Origin: a virus
Direction: 5' to 3' (one strand)
Length of the DNA stretch: 64,000 bases
IMG/VR virus record: IMGVR_UViG_3300035670_013228
Coordinates: 1-64,000 of that record
Both the position numbers and the translations under genes were made by a program. The notes under the pieces were generated by a model, which was not told the DNA's origin, searched no databases, and saw only the letters and a list, made by a program, of their open reading frames with translations. Of the stretch, positions 6,161 through 16,166 are shown one piece after another. Numbering within the stretch: position 1 is the stretch's first letter; each line of letters starts with the position of its first letter.

Positions 6161-8162
6161 TGATGCATGGTTAGGTCTTGGAGATTTATCCAAGGTAATT
6201 ATTTCTTCTAATCCTATGATTAATAGGAACGAAAGCGAAATAGAAAATCCCGATCTTCATCTGTTAAAAATATTAAAACAAACCAAATACATAGGGTCAA
6301 CATGTAAATTATTATTTGATATAGAGCTTCATCCGATACAAATAGCGATTCTACAAGAATTCTGGATTAGACCATTCCCAATGTTTGTTGCTAGTCGTGG
6401 TTTCGGCAAATCATTTTTAATGAGCTTATATTGTATACTAAAATGTATTTTTGTTCCTGGTACCAAAATAGTAGTAGTTGGTGCGGGTTTTAGACAAAGC
6501 AAAATACTTTTTGAATACATGGAAAATATCTGGCGTACGAGTCCTATATTACGTAGTATTTTTAATGGTAATGATGATGGTCCACGACGAGATGTAGACA
6601 GATGCACATTACGATTAGGAGATAGTTGGGTTATTGCTATTCCTATGGGTGACGGCTCAAAGATTAGAGGCTTAAGAGCTCATATTATTATAGCAGACGA
6701 ATTTGCCTCTATGTCCTCGGAAATTTATGAAACAGTAGTCTCCGGTTTCGCTGCTGTATCTGCTAGTCCTATAGAGAATGTAAAACAGGAAGCTAAGAAA
6801 GCAGCAATGATAAAAGCTGGTTTATGGAATGATCAATTAGAAACACTATCTTATAAACCCAGTAATCAGGCTATTATTAGCGGAACAGCAGACTATGGAT
6901 TCAAACATTTTGCTAGTTATTGGAAAAGATATAAGAGCATTATAGAAAGTAAAGGCGATATCAATAAACTCAAAGAAATTTTTAATGGAGAAATTCCAGA
7001 TAATTTTAATTGGAAAGACTATAGTATTATAAGAATACCATACGAATTAATTCCAAAAGGATTTATGGATGATAAACAAGTAGCACGAGCAAAAGCAACA
7101 ATCCATACCGGCATATATAATATGGAATATGCTGCGTGTTTTATTAATGATAGTGAAGGATTTTTTAGAAGAAGTCTAATAGAAAGTTGTGTTGTTAGCG
7201 ACACAAATCCTATCTCTATTAATAATAGAAACATTTCTTTTGATGCTACTATAGCAGGCAATACTAATCATGAATATATTTATGGAGTTGATCCGGCTAG
7301 TGAAAGAGATAATTTTAGTATAGTAATACTAGAAATACATCCCGATCACTCCAGAGTCGTATACTGCTGGACAACTAATAGAAATAATTTTAAAGAAAGA
7401 CAAAAAACAGGATTAGTACAAGAACATGACTTTTATGGATTTTGTGCAAGAAAAATTAGAAATCTAATGAAAACCTTTCCTCCCAAAATAATAGGCATGG
7501 ACGCTCAGGGTGGTGGCGTAGCTATAGAGGAAGCTTTACATGATCCATACAAAATAGAGCAAGGCGAACAATTAATCTGGCCAACTATTAACTATGAGAA
7601 AAGCAAAGATACGGATAATCAATCTGGTTTGCACATACTTGAACTCGTTCAATTTGTTAAAACAGAATGGACAAGTCAAGCTAATCACGGATTACGCAAA
7701 GACTTAGAGGATAAATTATTATTATTTCCTCGTTTTGATAATCTAACACTAGGTCTAGCCTTAGACAAGGAAGGTAAAGATATATTATCTACTAATTTAA
7801 ACTCTCCTATTTATGATAGTTTAAGCGAATGTATTCTAGAAATAGAAGATTTAAAAGACGAATTAACAACTATAGTAATGACACAAACAAGTTCCAGCGC
7901 TGGCGCTAGAGACAGATGGGACACTCCAGAAATTAAAATGAATAATGGCAAGAAAGGACGATTACGTAAAGACCGTTATAGTGCTTTATTAATCGCTAAT
8001 ATGTTAGCTAGACAAATCAGAAACACTTTGTCTCAACCATCTTATGATATTATCGGAGGCAACAGAAATACTATTGTGGACCAAAAGGGAGATATGTATA
8101 AAGGACCAGAGTGGTTTACCAACGAAGCAAATAACGATATTTATTTAGGAATTTACAAATAA
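6126..8162 (+). CDS. terL: Terminase large subunit
   Basis: Walker A ASRGFGKS, Walker B IIIADEF, RNase H-like YGVDPA and a late DRYSAL motif; directly upstream of the portal. Confidence 0.9.
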   Translation: MNSTDNQKKIFSDAWLGLGDLSKVIISSNPMINRNESEIENPDLHLLKILKQTKYIGSTCKLLFDIELHPIQIAILQEFWIRPFPMFVASRGFGKSFLMSLYCILKCIFVPGTKIVVVGAGFRQSKILFEYMENIWRTSPILRSIFNGNDDGPRRDVDRCTLRLGDSWVIAIPMGDGSKIRGLRAHIIIADEFASMSSEIYETVVSGFAAVSASPIENVKQEAKKAAMIKAGLWNDQLETLSYKPSNQAIISGTADYGFKHFASYWKRYKSIIESKGDINKLKEIFNGEIPDNFNWKDYSIIRIPYELIPKGFMDDKQVARAKATIHTGIYNMEYAACFINDSEGFFRRSLIESCVVSDTNPISINNRNISFDATIAGNTNHEYIYGVDPASERDNFSIVILEIHPDHSRVVYCWTTNRNNFKERQKTGLVQEHDFYGFCARKIRNLMKTFPPKIIGMDAQGGGVAIEEALHDPYKIEQGEQLIWPTINYEKSKDTDNQSGLHILELVQFVKTEWTSQANHGLRKDLEDKLLLFPRFDNLTLGLALDKEGKDILSTNLNSPIYDSLSECILEIEDLKDELTTIVMTQTSSSAGARDRWDTPEIKMNNGKKGRLRKDRYSALLIANMLARQIRNTLSQPSYDIIGGNRNTIVDQKGDMYKGPEWFTNEANNDIYLGIYK

Positions 8163-8163
8163 C

Positions 8164-8169
8164 AGTGTA
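8164..8169 (+). promoter_or_regulatory. Candidate late-promoter box AGTGTA
   Basis: RGTGTA recurs about 34-50 nt upstream of several late gene starts; here upstream of the portal ATG at 8213. Confidence 0.35.
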
Positions 8170-8212
8170 ATTAGAATATAATAACATTACATTACAATTA
8201 AAAAAAAATAAT

Positions 8213-10387
8213 ATGAAAAAATATCCAAAAAGTGATCAAATTCAAGATGCAGAAACTATAGGACAGGAAGCTTATGTAACATGGGGCGATGATCTTAGCT
8301 CCAAACAAGAAGCTTTGAATAAATCCTCAGAATCCATGTCTGAGTATACAATGATAGAAAGAGCTTCTGCGATGAGAAGGTATGGTCTAGATTATTCTAA
8401 TTTAGATACTAATACATCTGGTCGTCCAGGATTAACCAGACTAGATTATGACTTTTTTCGTCCTGACGAGGCCGTTCCTAGGCAAATTAAATTTATATTA
8501 AAAAAAGCAGACGATATTTATCAAAGAGTAGGATTGGTTAAAAATGTAATTGATCTTATGGGAGATTTTGCAGCTCAAGGGATTAGAATTGTACATAAAG
8601 ATAAAAAAATAGAAAAATTTTACAAAAAATGGTTTAATAAAATTAGAGGTAAGGAAAGAAGTGAAAGATTTCTAAATAACTTATACAAGAGTGGAAATGT
8701 TATTATTAATAGGCAAACAGGGAAGTTAAGTCTAAAAGTAGTTAAAGATCTATATAAATCTATAGCAAAACCAGATCTACTTATAGATAGTATAGAAAAT
8801 ATCAAAATAGAAAAAAAAGAAATTCCATGGAGATATACTTTTATAGATCCTATATATGTAGAGGTTGCAGCCGGATCGTTAGCCTCTTTTGTTGAAGATA
8901 AAAGATACGAACTAGTACTACCGGCTACGCTTAGAAAAATTATTAATGCTCCAAAAACAGAATCCGAAAAACAAATTATTGCTCAGTTACCACAACAAAT
9001 TATAGAGGCAGCAAAATTTAAGAAAAATTATCCACTAGATCCGGATAAAACATTGGTATTTCATTATAAAAAAGACGATTGGCAAAGATGGGCTTTTCCC
9101 ATGGTATACTCTATTATGGACGATATTACTGTAATTGAAAAATTAAAATTAGCTGATATGGCAGCTCTTGACGGAGCCATAAGCAATATAAGAATTTTTA
9201 AACTGGGCAGCCTAGAACATAAAATAGCTCCCACCAAAGCAGCAGCAGCTAAACTAGCTCAAATTTTAGGAAACAATGTTGGTGGAGGAACAATGGATCT
9301 TATTTGGGGACCAGACATAGAATTATTGGAAAGTAAAACTAGTGTACATCAATTTCTTGGAGAAGGCAAATATATCCCTCATCTCAATGCTGTTTACGCA
9401 GGACTAGGTATTCCGCCCACTTTAACCGGCACATACGGCGCTGCTGGTACTACTAATAATTTTATTAGTCTCAAAACATTAACTCAAAGACTTCAATATG
9501 GTAGAGATATCCTCACAGAATTTTGGACTAACGAAATCTTACTTGTTCAAAAGGCTATGAATTTTAAACAACCAGCAAAAATAGAATTTGATAGAATGGA
9601 CTTAAGTAATGAAGAAGCTGAAAAAGCTTTACTAATTCAATTAGCAGATAGAAATTTAATTAGTGATGAATTATTACAAACCAGATTCGGTTTAGATCCT
9701 GATATGGAAAAATCAAGACTAGTAAGAGAGAAAAAAGAAAGAAAATCAAGAAAAATGATACCAAAAGCGGGACCGTGGCACGATCCTAATCCAGAAAATG
9801 CTTTGAAAAAAATAGCTTTACAAAGCGGTATAGTAACTCCTAGCGAAGTTGGTTTATCACTAGATCCAAAAAAGAATGGAGAAAAAAATTCTTTGGAACT
9901 CAAGCAAGCTTTAACACCAACAAAGTTGGCAAAAGATTCCTCAGAATCTTTGCCAGGAGAACCGCAGCAAGGCAGACCCAAATTATCTAAGGATTCCACA
10001 AAAAGAAAACCCAAACAATTTTCACCACAAACCGGCGCCAAGCTTATGGTATGGGCAAACCAAGCCCAGGAAGAAATTAATAATATTATTAATCCTATAA
10101 TGCTAGATTTTTTCCAAAAGAAAAATATGAGAAGTTTATCCAATGAACAACACAAAGAATTAGACAGGTTAAAAACCGGAATATTTCTATCTTTAAAACC
10201 TTTCTGCTCAATCTCTAATGAAATAATTATGTCTAATATTAAAAATGTAAATTATCATTTAATTGATCAATATAGTGTATGGTTAAAACAGCTATCCGCA
10301 GATTTTAGTCGAGATCTAACAGTTGAAGATCAAAAACAAGCCAAGGCTTCTTTTTATAGTTATCTCAACCAAGATAAAGGCATATAA
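8213..10387 (+). CDS. Portal protein
   Basis: Lies between terL and the protease; portal-like segments (YQRVGLVKNVIDLMGDF, GLGIPPTL, KIEFDRMDL). Confidence 0.75.
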   Translation: MKKYPKSDQIQDAETIGQEAYVTWGDDLSSKQEALNKSSESMSEYTMIERASAMRRYGLDYSNLDTNTSGRPGLTRLDYDFFRPDEAVPRQIKFILKKADDIYQRVGLVKNVIDLMGDFAAQGIRIVHKDKKIEKFYKKWFNKIRGKERSERFLNNLYKSGNVIINRQTGKLSLKVVKDLYKSIAKPDLLIDSIENIKIEKKEIPWRYTFIDPIYVEVAAGSLASFVEDKRYELVLPATLRKIINAPKTESEKQIIAQLPQQIIEAAKFKKNYPLDPDKTLVFHYKKDDWQRWAFPMVYSIMDDITVIEKLKLADMAALDGAISNIRIFKLGSLEHKIAPTKAAAAKLAQILGNNVGGGTMDLIWGPDIELLESKTSVHQFLGEGKYIPHLNAVYAGLGIPPTLTGTYGAAGTTNNFISLKTLTQRLQYGRDILTEFWTNEILLVQKAMNFKQPAKIEFDRMDLSNEEAEKALLIQLADRNLISDELLQTRFGLDPDMEKSRLVREKKERKSRKMIPKAGPWHDPNPENALKKIALQSGIVTPSEVGLSLDPKKNGEKNSLELKQALTPTKLAKDSSESLPGEPQQGRPKLSKDSTKRKPKQFSPQTGAKLMVWANQAQEEINNIINPIMLDFFQKKNMRSLSNEQHKELDRLKTGIFLSLKPFCSISNEIIMSNIKNVNYHLIDQYSVWLKQLSADFSRDLTVEDQKQAKASFYSYLNQDKGI

Positions 10388-10390
10388 TAT

Positions 10391-11944
10391 ATGATTATAT
10401 ATGAACAAGAAAATAGTGATGGATTATCAGAAAAAATTTCTGGCTCTTTTAGCATAGCATACAATTCATTGTTATCCCCATTTACTGTTGAAAATAATAA
10501 GTTTCAAGATAAAATTGCTGCTTCTTTTAATGATCCGGATCTATATTATGTTCAATCTATTCTTGTTAGTTCTTCCTGGAATCGTAATGATGATATTTTT
10601 GATAAGCAAGAAATATGGGCTGCTAGAAAAACACCAGAAGACAAGCCAACAAATTTAGAACACGATGAGAATACTATAATTGGCCATATAATTTCTAATT
10701 GGACAATCGACGACGAAGGAGAATTATTGCCAGAAACTATTAATATGGATGAACTACCAGATAAATTCCATATAGTTACAGGTTCAGTAATATATAAATC
10801 GTATAGCACCCCAGAACTTAGAGATAGAGCAGCAAAACTTATAGCAGAAATAGAAAATGGCACAAAATATGTTAGTATGGAGTGTTATTTTAATGGTTTT
10901 GATTATGGTTTAATCAATAAGGTTAATGGTCAATATAAAATATTAACAAGAAATAATGACACAGCTTATTTAACAAAATATTTAAGAGCATATGGTGGAC
11001 AAGGCGAACATGATAATTATAAGATTGGTAGGGTATTAAGAAACATCACATTTAGTGGAAAAGGTTTTGTTGACAAACCAGCAAATCCAGATAGTATAAT
11101 TTTTCATAAAGAAATTATAACAAAAGCAAATATAAAAAATGAACATTTGACAAATTTAGGTGTATCAGATATTAATCCAATAATTAATGTAGATATGGAG
11201 AAAAATATTATGAATGAAAATTTAGAAAAAGAAGTTGCCGAGATAAATAAAAAACTTGATACAGTTTCAGCATCGTGTGCTGATCAAGTTGAACAAGCTC
11301 GTTCACTAGCTTCTGAACTTCAACAATCCAACCAAGAATTAGAGGCAGCCATGAAAGAAAAAGACGAAATGGTCAAGAAAGAAAAAACAAAAAGCGAAGA
11401 ACTCCAATCTGCATTCGACAAAGCTCTTTCTGAAAAAACAGTTGAGTTCGAAGAAGCTGCTAAAAAATGGAAAGAAGAAAAATCCATGATGGAAGAAGAT
11501 ATGAAGAAAGTAAAATCAGAACTAGATGTCGCTATGGAAGCCATATCAGCTTACAAAATGAAAGAAGAAGAAATGGCTAAAAAAGATAAGATGTTAAAAC
11601 GTAAAGCATCTTTAGTCGAAGCCGGTTTAGAAGATGATGTAATTGCTTCTACACTAGAAAAATTTGAAAACATAGACGATGAATCTTTTGAAGTTATGGC
11701 ATCTTTATTCATGGCTATGGCCGCTAAAATGAAAAAAGAAGAAAAAGCAATGATGATGAATAAAAAACTAATGTCTTCTGAAGAAGATACATCGCTAGAA
11801 ACAGCTCTTGATACTGTTGAGACAGATGACGCAGTAAGCATTAGTGTTGGTAACGATGAACTAGAAGCAGAATCGTCTCATGCGAGTATTCGTGCAGAAC
11901 TTGTAGAATTTGTAAGCGCTAGACTAGGTAAAACCTCGAAATAA
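10391..11944 (+). CDS. Prohead protease fused to a C-terminal coiled-coil scaffold
   Basis: NRNDDIF, NLEHDE..IIGH, VSMEC, FSGKGFVDKPANPDS, followed by an E/K/M-rich coiled coil. Confidence 0.8.
   Translation: MIIYEQENSDGLSEKISGSFSIAYNSLLSPFTVENNKFQDKIAASFNDPDLYYVQSILVSSSWNRNDDIFDKQEIWAARKTPEDKPTNLEHDENTIIGHIISNWTIDDEGELLPETINMDELPDKFHIVTGSVIYKSYSTPELRDRAAKLIAEIENGTKYVSMECYFNGFDYGLINKVNGQYKILTRNNDTAYLTKYLRAYGGQGEHDNYKIGRVLRNITFSGKGFVDKPANPDSIIFHKEIITKANIKNEHLTNLGVSDINPIINVDMEKNIMNENLEKEVAEINKKLDTVSASCADQVEQARSLASELQQSNQELEAAMKEKDEMVKKEKTKSEELQSAFDKALSEKTVEFEEAAKKWKEEKSMMEEDMKKVKSELDVAMEAISAYKMKEEEMAKKDKMLKRKASLVEAGLEDDVIASTLEKFENIDDESFEVMASLFMAMAAKMKKEEKAMMMNKKLMSSEEDTSLETALDTVETDDAVSISVGNDELEAESSHASIRAELVEFVSARLGKTSK
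11159..11164 (+). promoter_or_regulatory. Candidate late-promoter box GGTGTA inside the protease gene
   Basis: About 46 nt upstream of an in-frame ATG at 11210 that has a GGAG SD at 11197-11200. Confidence 0.35.
11210..11944 (+). CDS. Probable nested in-frame scaffold protein (MNENLEKEVAEI...)
   Basis: In-frame ATG with SD at the protease/coiled-coil boundary. Confidence 0.5.
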   Translation: MNENLEKEVAEINKKLDTVSASCADQVEQARSLASELQQSNQELEAAMKEKDEMVKKEKTKSEELQSAFDKALSEKTVEFEEAAKKWKEEKSMMEEDMKKVKSELDVAMEAISAYKMKEEEMAKKDKMLKRKASLVEAGLEDDVIASTLEKFENIDDESFEVMASLFMAMAAKMKKEEKAMMMNKKLMSSEEDTSLETALDTVETDDAVSISVGNDELEAESSHASIRAELVEFVSARLGKTSK

Positions 11945-11956
11945 GGGAGAAAAAAT

Positions 11957-12427
11957 ATGGCTCTTAAACCAGATCGTGTTGAATTACAAACAGATGTGTC
12001 TTTTTTCATGAATACCACAGCTACCAGAGGCGGTGTCGCTTCGGTATCTACCGGAGGTTCCGGAGTTGCTATGGATGATGCAGCCGCTGTTGTAGCATAT
12101 GCTACATCCACAAGCGGAGCAAAACCAGTTGGTGTTCTTTTAAATGATGTTGTTAATCTAGATTTAACTAGACAACATATTAATTGGCATAAAGATGAGG
12201 TACAAGTAGGTGGCAAAGTTACTTTGCTACAAGTTGGTCAAGTAACAACCAATATGGTTGTTGGTACTCCAAGTGCTGGTGCCACAGCTTATGTAGGCGT
12301 TAGTGGTAATTTCTCTGCCACTCCTCCAACAGATGCTTCTACAGAAGATGAGGCTTACAGAGTTGGTAGATTTTTAAGCTCAAAAGATTCAGATGGTTAT
12401 GTCAAAGTAGCAGTAAATATTGCCTAA
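11957..12427 (+). CDS. Head decoration/cement protein
   Basis: 156 aa, between scaffold and capsid genes, A/G/T/V-rich beta pattern, strong SD AAGGGAG. Confidence 0.65.
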   Translation: MALKPDRVELQTDVSFFMNTTATRGGVASVSTGGSGVAMDDAAAVVAYATSTSGAKPVGVLLNDVVNLDLTRQHINWHKDEVQVGGKVTLLQVGQVTTNMVVGTPSAGATAYVGVSGNFSATPPTDASTEDEAYRVGRFLSSKDSDGYVKVAVNIA

Positions 12428-12452
12428 TAACAAATAAAGGGAGAAAACAAAC

Positions 12453-13469
12453 ATGTCAGCAGTAAATACCAAATCTTTTCAACCAACTCCAGAATTAACT
12501 GATCTTTTGATCAGATCTGGTTCACAGCACAGAGAAACATCTCTTGCTGCTAATTCAGAGTTTGCTAAAGCTTTAGAACAACCATTACGTCAGGGTATTC
12601 TTAACGGCAATATTCTTGATGGTATTTTTGAGCCAATTACACTAGCTCAAAGTGCTACTCCAGAATTTCCATTAGATTTCTTGGCTCCTGGTACAGAAAA
12701 GGACTTTGTGGCATACACAATTCCTAATCATGGTTATATTCCAGAACGTCATGTTGAGGGCGATTATGTTATGGTCCCAACATTCGATATTGGTGCAAGT
12801 ATCGATTATCTTTTAAAGTATGCTAGAGATGCTCGTTGGGATGTTGTTGGTCGTGCTATGGAGGTGCTAGAAGCTTCGTTCGTTAAGAAAATGAACGACG
12901 ATGGCTGGCACACACTATTGGCTGCTGGCGTTGATCGCAATATCGTAGTATACGATAGCGACGCTGCTGCTGGTCAATTTACAAAGCGTCTTGTTAGCTT
13001 AATGAAAACTGTTATGCGTCGTAATGGTGGCGGTAATAGCGCTAGTAATAATCGTGGTATGCTAACAGATCTTTATGTATCCCCTGAAGCTATGGAAGAT
13101 ATCCGTAATTGGGGTGTTGATCAAGTTGACGAAATTACTCGTCGAGAGATCTACACAGCTGCCGATGGTAGTATTAACAGAGTATTTGGCATTAATCTTC
13201 ACGATCTAGACGAACTTGGTGATGGTCAAGAATATCAGCTATTCTATAGCAATACTCTTAGCGCATCAATGCCAACCGGTCATGCTACAGAAATTGTGGT
13301 TGGCCTAGATCTTCGTAAGAGAGATAGTTTCATAATGCCTATTCGTGAACAGGTTCAAATTTTTGAAGATGATTCTCTTCATCGTCAAAAACGAGCCGGA
13401 TTCTATGGTTGGGCAGAACAAGGCTTCGCCGTTCTGGACAATCGCAGAGTCTTACTTGGTTCACTTTGA
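12453..13469 (+). CDS. Major capsid protein
   Basis: 338 aa, canonical position, strong SD, followed by a terminator. Confidence 0.8.
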   Translation: MSAVNTKSFQPTPELTDLLIRSGSQHRETSLAANSEFAKALEQPLRQGILNGNILDGIFEPITLAQSATPEFPLDFLAPGTEKDFVAYTIPNHGYIPERHVEGDYVMVPTFDIGASIDYLLKYARDARWDVVGRAMEVLEASFVKKMNDDGWHTLLAAGVDRNIVVYDSDAAAGQFTKRLVSLMKTVMRRNGGGNSASNNRGMLTDLYVSPEAMEDIRNWGVDQVDEITRREIYTAADGSINRVFGINLHDLDELGDGQEYQLFYSNTLSASMPTGHATEIVVGLDLRKRDSFIMPIREQVQIFEDDSLHRQKRAGFYGWAEQGFAVLDNRRVLLGSL

Positions 13470-13505
13470 TACAATTACTTATTTTTTTAAGTCTTGATAA
13501 GAAAA

Positions 13506-13530
13506 GCCGCTCTTTTGGGCGGCTTTTTTT
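13506..13530 (+). terminator. Rho-independent terminator after the capsid gene
   Basis: GCCGCTC-TTTT-GGGCGGC followed by T7. Confidence 0.85.
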
Positions 13531-13536
13531 ATATAA

Positions 13537-13542
13537 GGTGTA
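13537..13542 (+). promoter_or_regulatory. Candidate late-promoter box GGTGTA
   Basis: Immediately after the terminator and upstream of the ATG at 13576, where re-initiation would be needed. Confidence 0.45.
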
Positions 13543-13575
13543 TCTCTTACTAGATACTCTCAGAGGGGTATAAAT

Positions 13576-14004
13576 ATGTCAGCAAGCCAATATAATTTTT
13601 CTATAGAAAGAGGATCATCTTTTAGATTAGCAGCAACATATAAAGATGCAGATAATAATATTATTGATTTAACAAATTGGTGCGCTAGATTAACTATGTA
13701 TACTCAATATAAAGATATTTCTAAAAGAAATCTATCAACTATTAAAGTTTATTCTACTACTAATATTGATTATACATTATATAAATTTTATATAGATGGT
13801 CCTAATGGTAAAATAGTACTATTATTACCATCTGATACCACCAACAGTTTCGATTTCGATACTGCTAAATATGACCTAGAACTACAATCTCCAGACGATT
13901 TTTATAGTGGTGGTGGAAATTATACTATCAGATTATTGTATGGTGTAATATCTATACATAAGAGATATAGCGAGTCAACAACAGCATTGGATTGTCAAAC
14001 ATGA
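13576..14004 (+). CDS. Ig-like/BppU-N-like virion adaptor (paralog of 31872-32300)
   Basis: YNFSIERGSSF...IDLTNWCARL...YDLELQ...YSGGG shared with the paralog. Confidence 0.65.
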   Translation: MSASQYNFSIERGSSFRLAATYKDADNNIIDLTNWCARLTMYTQYKDISKRNLSTIKVYSTTNIDYTLYKFYIDGPNGKIVLLLPSDTTNSFDFDTAKYDLELQSPDDFYSGGGNYTIRLLYGVISIHKRYSESTTALDCQT

Positions 14005-14222
14005 GCAATATAGTAGTTGTAGAATCTTCTACAGAAGATAATATTATTACTATTGATGAAAATAATGTTTTTATTGAAATAATAAATACAGAAAAAATTT
14101 TAGCAAGCGATCTTCCAGACGACATACCTTTTGCAAAAATTCAATTAGCAAGTTTTGGAAATGGTTTTGATGGTTTAGATAACTATCTCGATCAATATTC
14201 TTTTGATTGTGGTACTCCATAA
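14001..14222 (+). CDS. Small acidic virion-associated protein ending FDCGTP
   Basis: ATGA overlap with the upstream stop; C-terminus resembles the IDGGSP end of the next protein. Confidence 0.6.
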   Translation: MSNIVVVESSTEDNIITIDENNVFIEIINTEKILASDLPDDIPFAKIQLASFGNGFDGLDNYLDQYSFDCGTP

Positions 14223-14253
14223 TATATAACAATTTAAATAGGGGAAATTAATT

Positions 14254-16101
14254 ATGCCTAGAGATACTCTAATACAAATTCGTAGAGGTACAGCGTCTTC
14301 TTGGACATCATCAAATAATAACTTAGGGTCGGTTTTATCAGCCGGAGAACTTGGTTACGAAACAGATACAGGCAGAATAAAAATAGGCGATGGCAGTACC
14401 ATATGGAATAATCTACCATATTCTTTTATCAGATATAATGATATAGTATCCGGTAGCGGGATAGGATTAGAGGATCTTACCAATGCTAGTGGTCAGGTCA
14501 CGGGAGTCAGAGTATATAATAAGATTCTTGCTGGTGCAAATATAACATTAACAGCTAGTGATGGATCCATAACCATAGCAGGATCATCTCCTGTTACATT
14601 ATCATCTGGTACCGGTATACATATAGTTAAAACTGGAGATGATTATAATATTAATGTTAGTGGACTAACATCTAGTTTAATCAATGACTTTAATAGTGCT
14701 GTTGACGCCAGGATAACAGCAGCTTCTATAGACGAAGAACAAATTCAAGATATTTTAGGTAGTGGAAATCATACTAGTACCGGATTTTTAAGAAATGGTA
14801 GCGGATTAGCATGGACTTATGATGATGCGGGAAATACTCTAAGTATAGGTGTTACAGGAATACCCTCTTCGTTAATTAATGATTTTGCTAATGCGGTTAG
14901 TGATCAGGTTGATACTACCCTCGCTGCTGGTACCGGAGTTATACTAAATTATGATAACGGAACAAATACCTTAACAATACATACTAGTGGTTATTCATAT
15001 CTAGGACATACTCATACGTGGAGTGATGTTACGGACGCTAGTGCAACTGTTTCGTTAAACGAATTAGCATATCTATCCGGTGTTAGTGCTGGTTCTGCTA
15101 GTTCCAATCGAGCTGTTGTATTAGATAGTAATAAAGATATTAGTGGAATTGGTAGTATAGTCACAACCGGTAATATTACCGTTGGTGGAGACTTAGTCGT
15201 TAATGGAACAACAACTACAGTAAATAGTACTATTGTTGATATTGGTGATAATATTATAAGAGTAAATGCATCTGGTTATGCTGGAGATCAATACTTAGCA
15301 GGATTAGAAGTAAATGATCTTGGTCTTAATCAAGTAGTTGCTCAGGCTGTTTATGATAGAATGACATTAACATGGAAACTATTTGGAGGAAATGTTTACA
15401 CCAGTGGTGATTTTATTAGTAACAGTCTACAAGTAACATCCACAGGCTTGGTTACTAATCTAAATGCTGATTTATTAGATGGACAAGATGGTAGTTATTA
15501 TAGAAATTTTGCTAATTTAAGTGGTTTACCCAGTCCAATCTTAACTGGTATTTTAACAGGAGATGTTACCGGTACAGGTAACGTTACTTTCACAGAACTT
15601 GGTAATGGTATTCTAAGTATAAATGCTACAGTAGCTCCAAATAGTGTCGTATTAGGTACAGATACTACGGGCCAGTATGCTAGCACAGTTAGTGTAGTTG
15701 GCACCGGATTGTCCGCTACGGCTGCTAATGTAGACGATGGTACATCGTATACAATCACCAGTAATGCAACACCTGATAATATAACAGGAACTATTGTTGC
15801 TAGAGATAGTAGTGGAGATTTTAATGCTGGACTAATAACAGCTACTGGTTTTAGTGGTAATGGAGCAAGTATTACTAATTTAAATGCTAGTAATATTAAT
15901 GCTGGAACAATTGGAGTCTCATATTTACCAACTAATATTCCAGTTACTAATCTGACTAATAGTGGAGTTACAATAGGTAGTACTACTATTAATTTGGGCG
16001 AAACCAAAACTGCTTTTGCTGGATTAACAGCTTTAAGCGGAGTGAGTACTGGTAGTCCTTTAGTATTAACATACGCCCATATCGATGGCGGATCTCCATA
16101 A
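14254..16101 (+). CDS. Fibre protein with Mtd-N-like domain
   Basis: IQIRRGTASSW...GELGYETDTGRIKIGDGST.WNNLPY; LNADLLDGQDGSYY fibre motif; G/T/S/N-rich. Confidence 0.75.
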   Translation: MPRDTLIQIRRGTASSWTSSNNNLGSVLSAGELGYETDTGRIKIGDGSTIWNNLPYSFIRYNDIVSGSGIGLEDLTNASGQVTGVRVYNKILAGANITLTASDGSITIAGSSPVTLSSGTGIHIVKTGDDYNINVSGLTSSLINDFNSAVDARITAASIDEEQIQDILGSGNHTSTGFLRNGSGLAWTYDDAGNTLSIGVTGIPSSLINDFANAVSDQVDTTLAAGTGVILNYDNGTNTLTIHTSGYSYLGHTHTWSDVTDASATVSLNELAYLSGVSAGSASSNRAVVLDSNKDISGIGSIVTTGNITVGGDLVVNGTTTTVNSTIVDIGDNIIRVNASGYAGDQYLAGLEVNDLGLNQVVAQAVYDRMTLTWKLFGGNVYTSGDFISNSLQVTSTGLVTNLNADLLDGQDGSYYRNFANLSGLPSPILTGILTGDVTGTGNVTFTELGNGILSINATVAPNSVVLGTDTTGQYASTVSVVGTGLSATAANVDDGTSYTITSNATPDNITGTIVARDSSGDFNAGLITATGFSGNGASITNLNASNINAGTIGVSYLPTNIPVTNLTNSGVTIGSTTINLGETKTAFAGLTALSGVSTGSPLVLTYAHIDGGSP

Positions 16102-16166
16102 TTTTACTGGATATTATCATAGTATTCTCTATAATAAAAGGTAAAACTTAATGATATAGGACAACA

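Noticed and set aside
6126-8162. Intein or intron in terL
   Set aside because: No intein splice motifs or LAGLIDADG blocks seen; the ORF is continuous and of plausible length.
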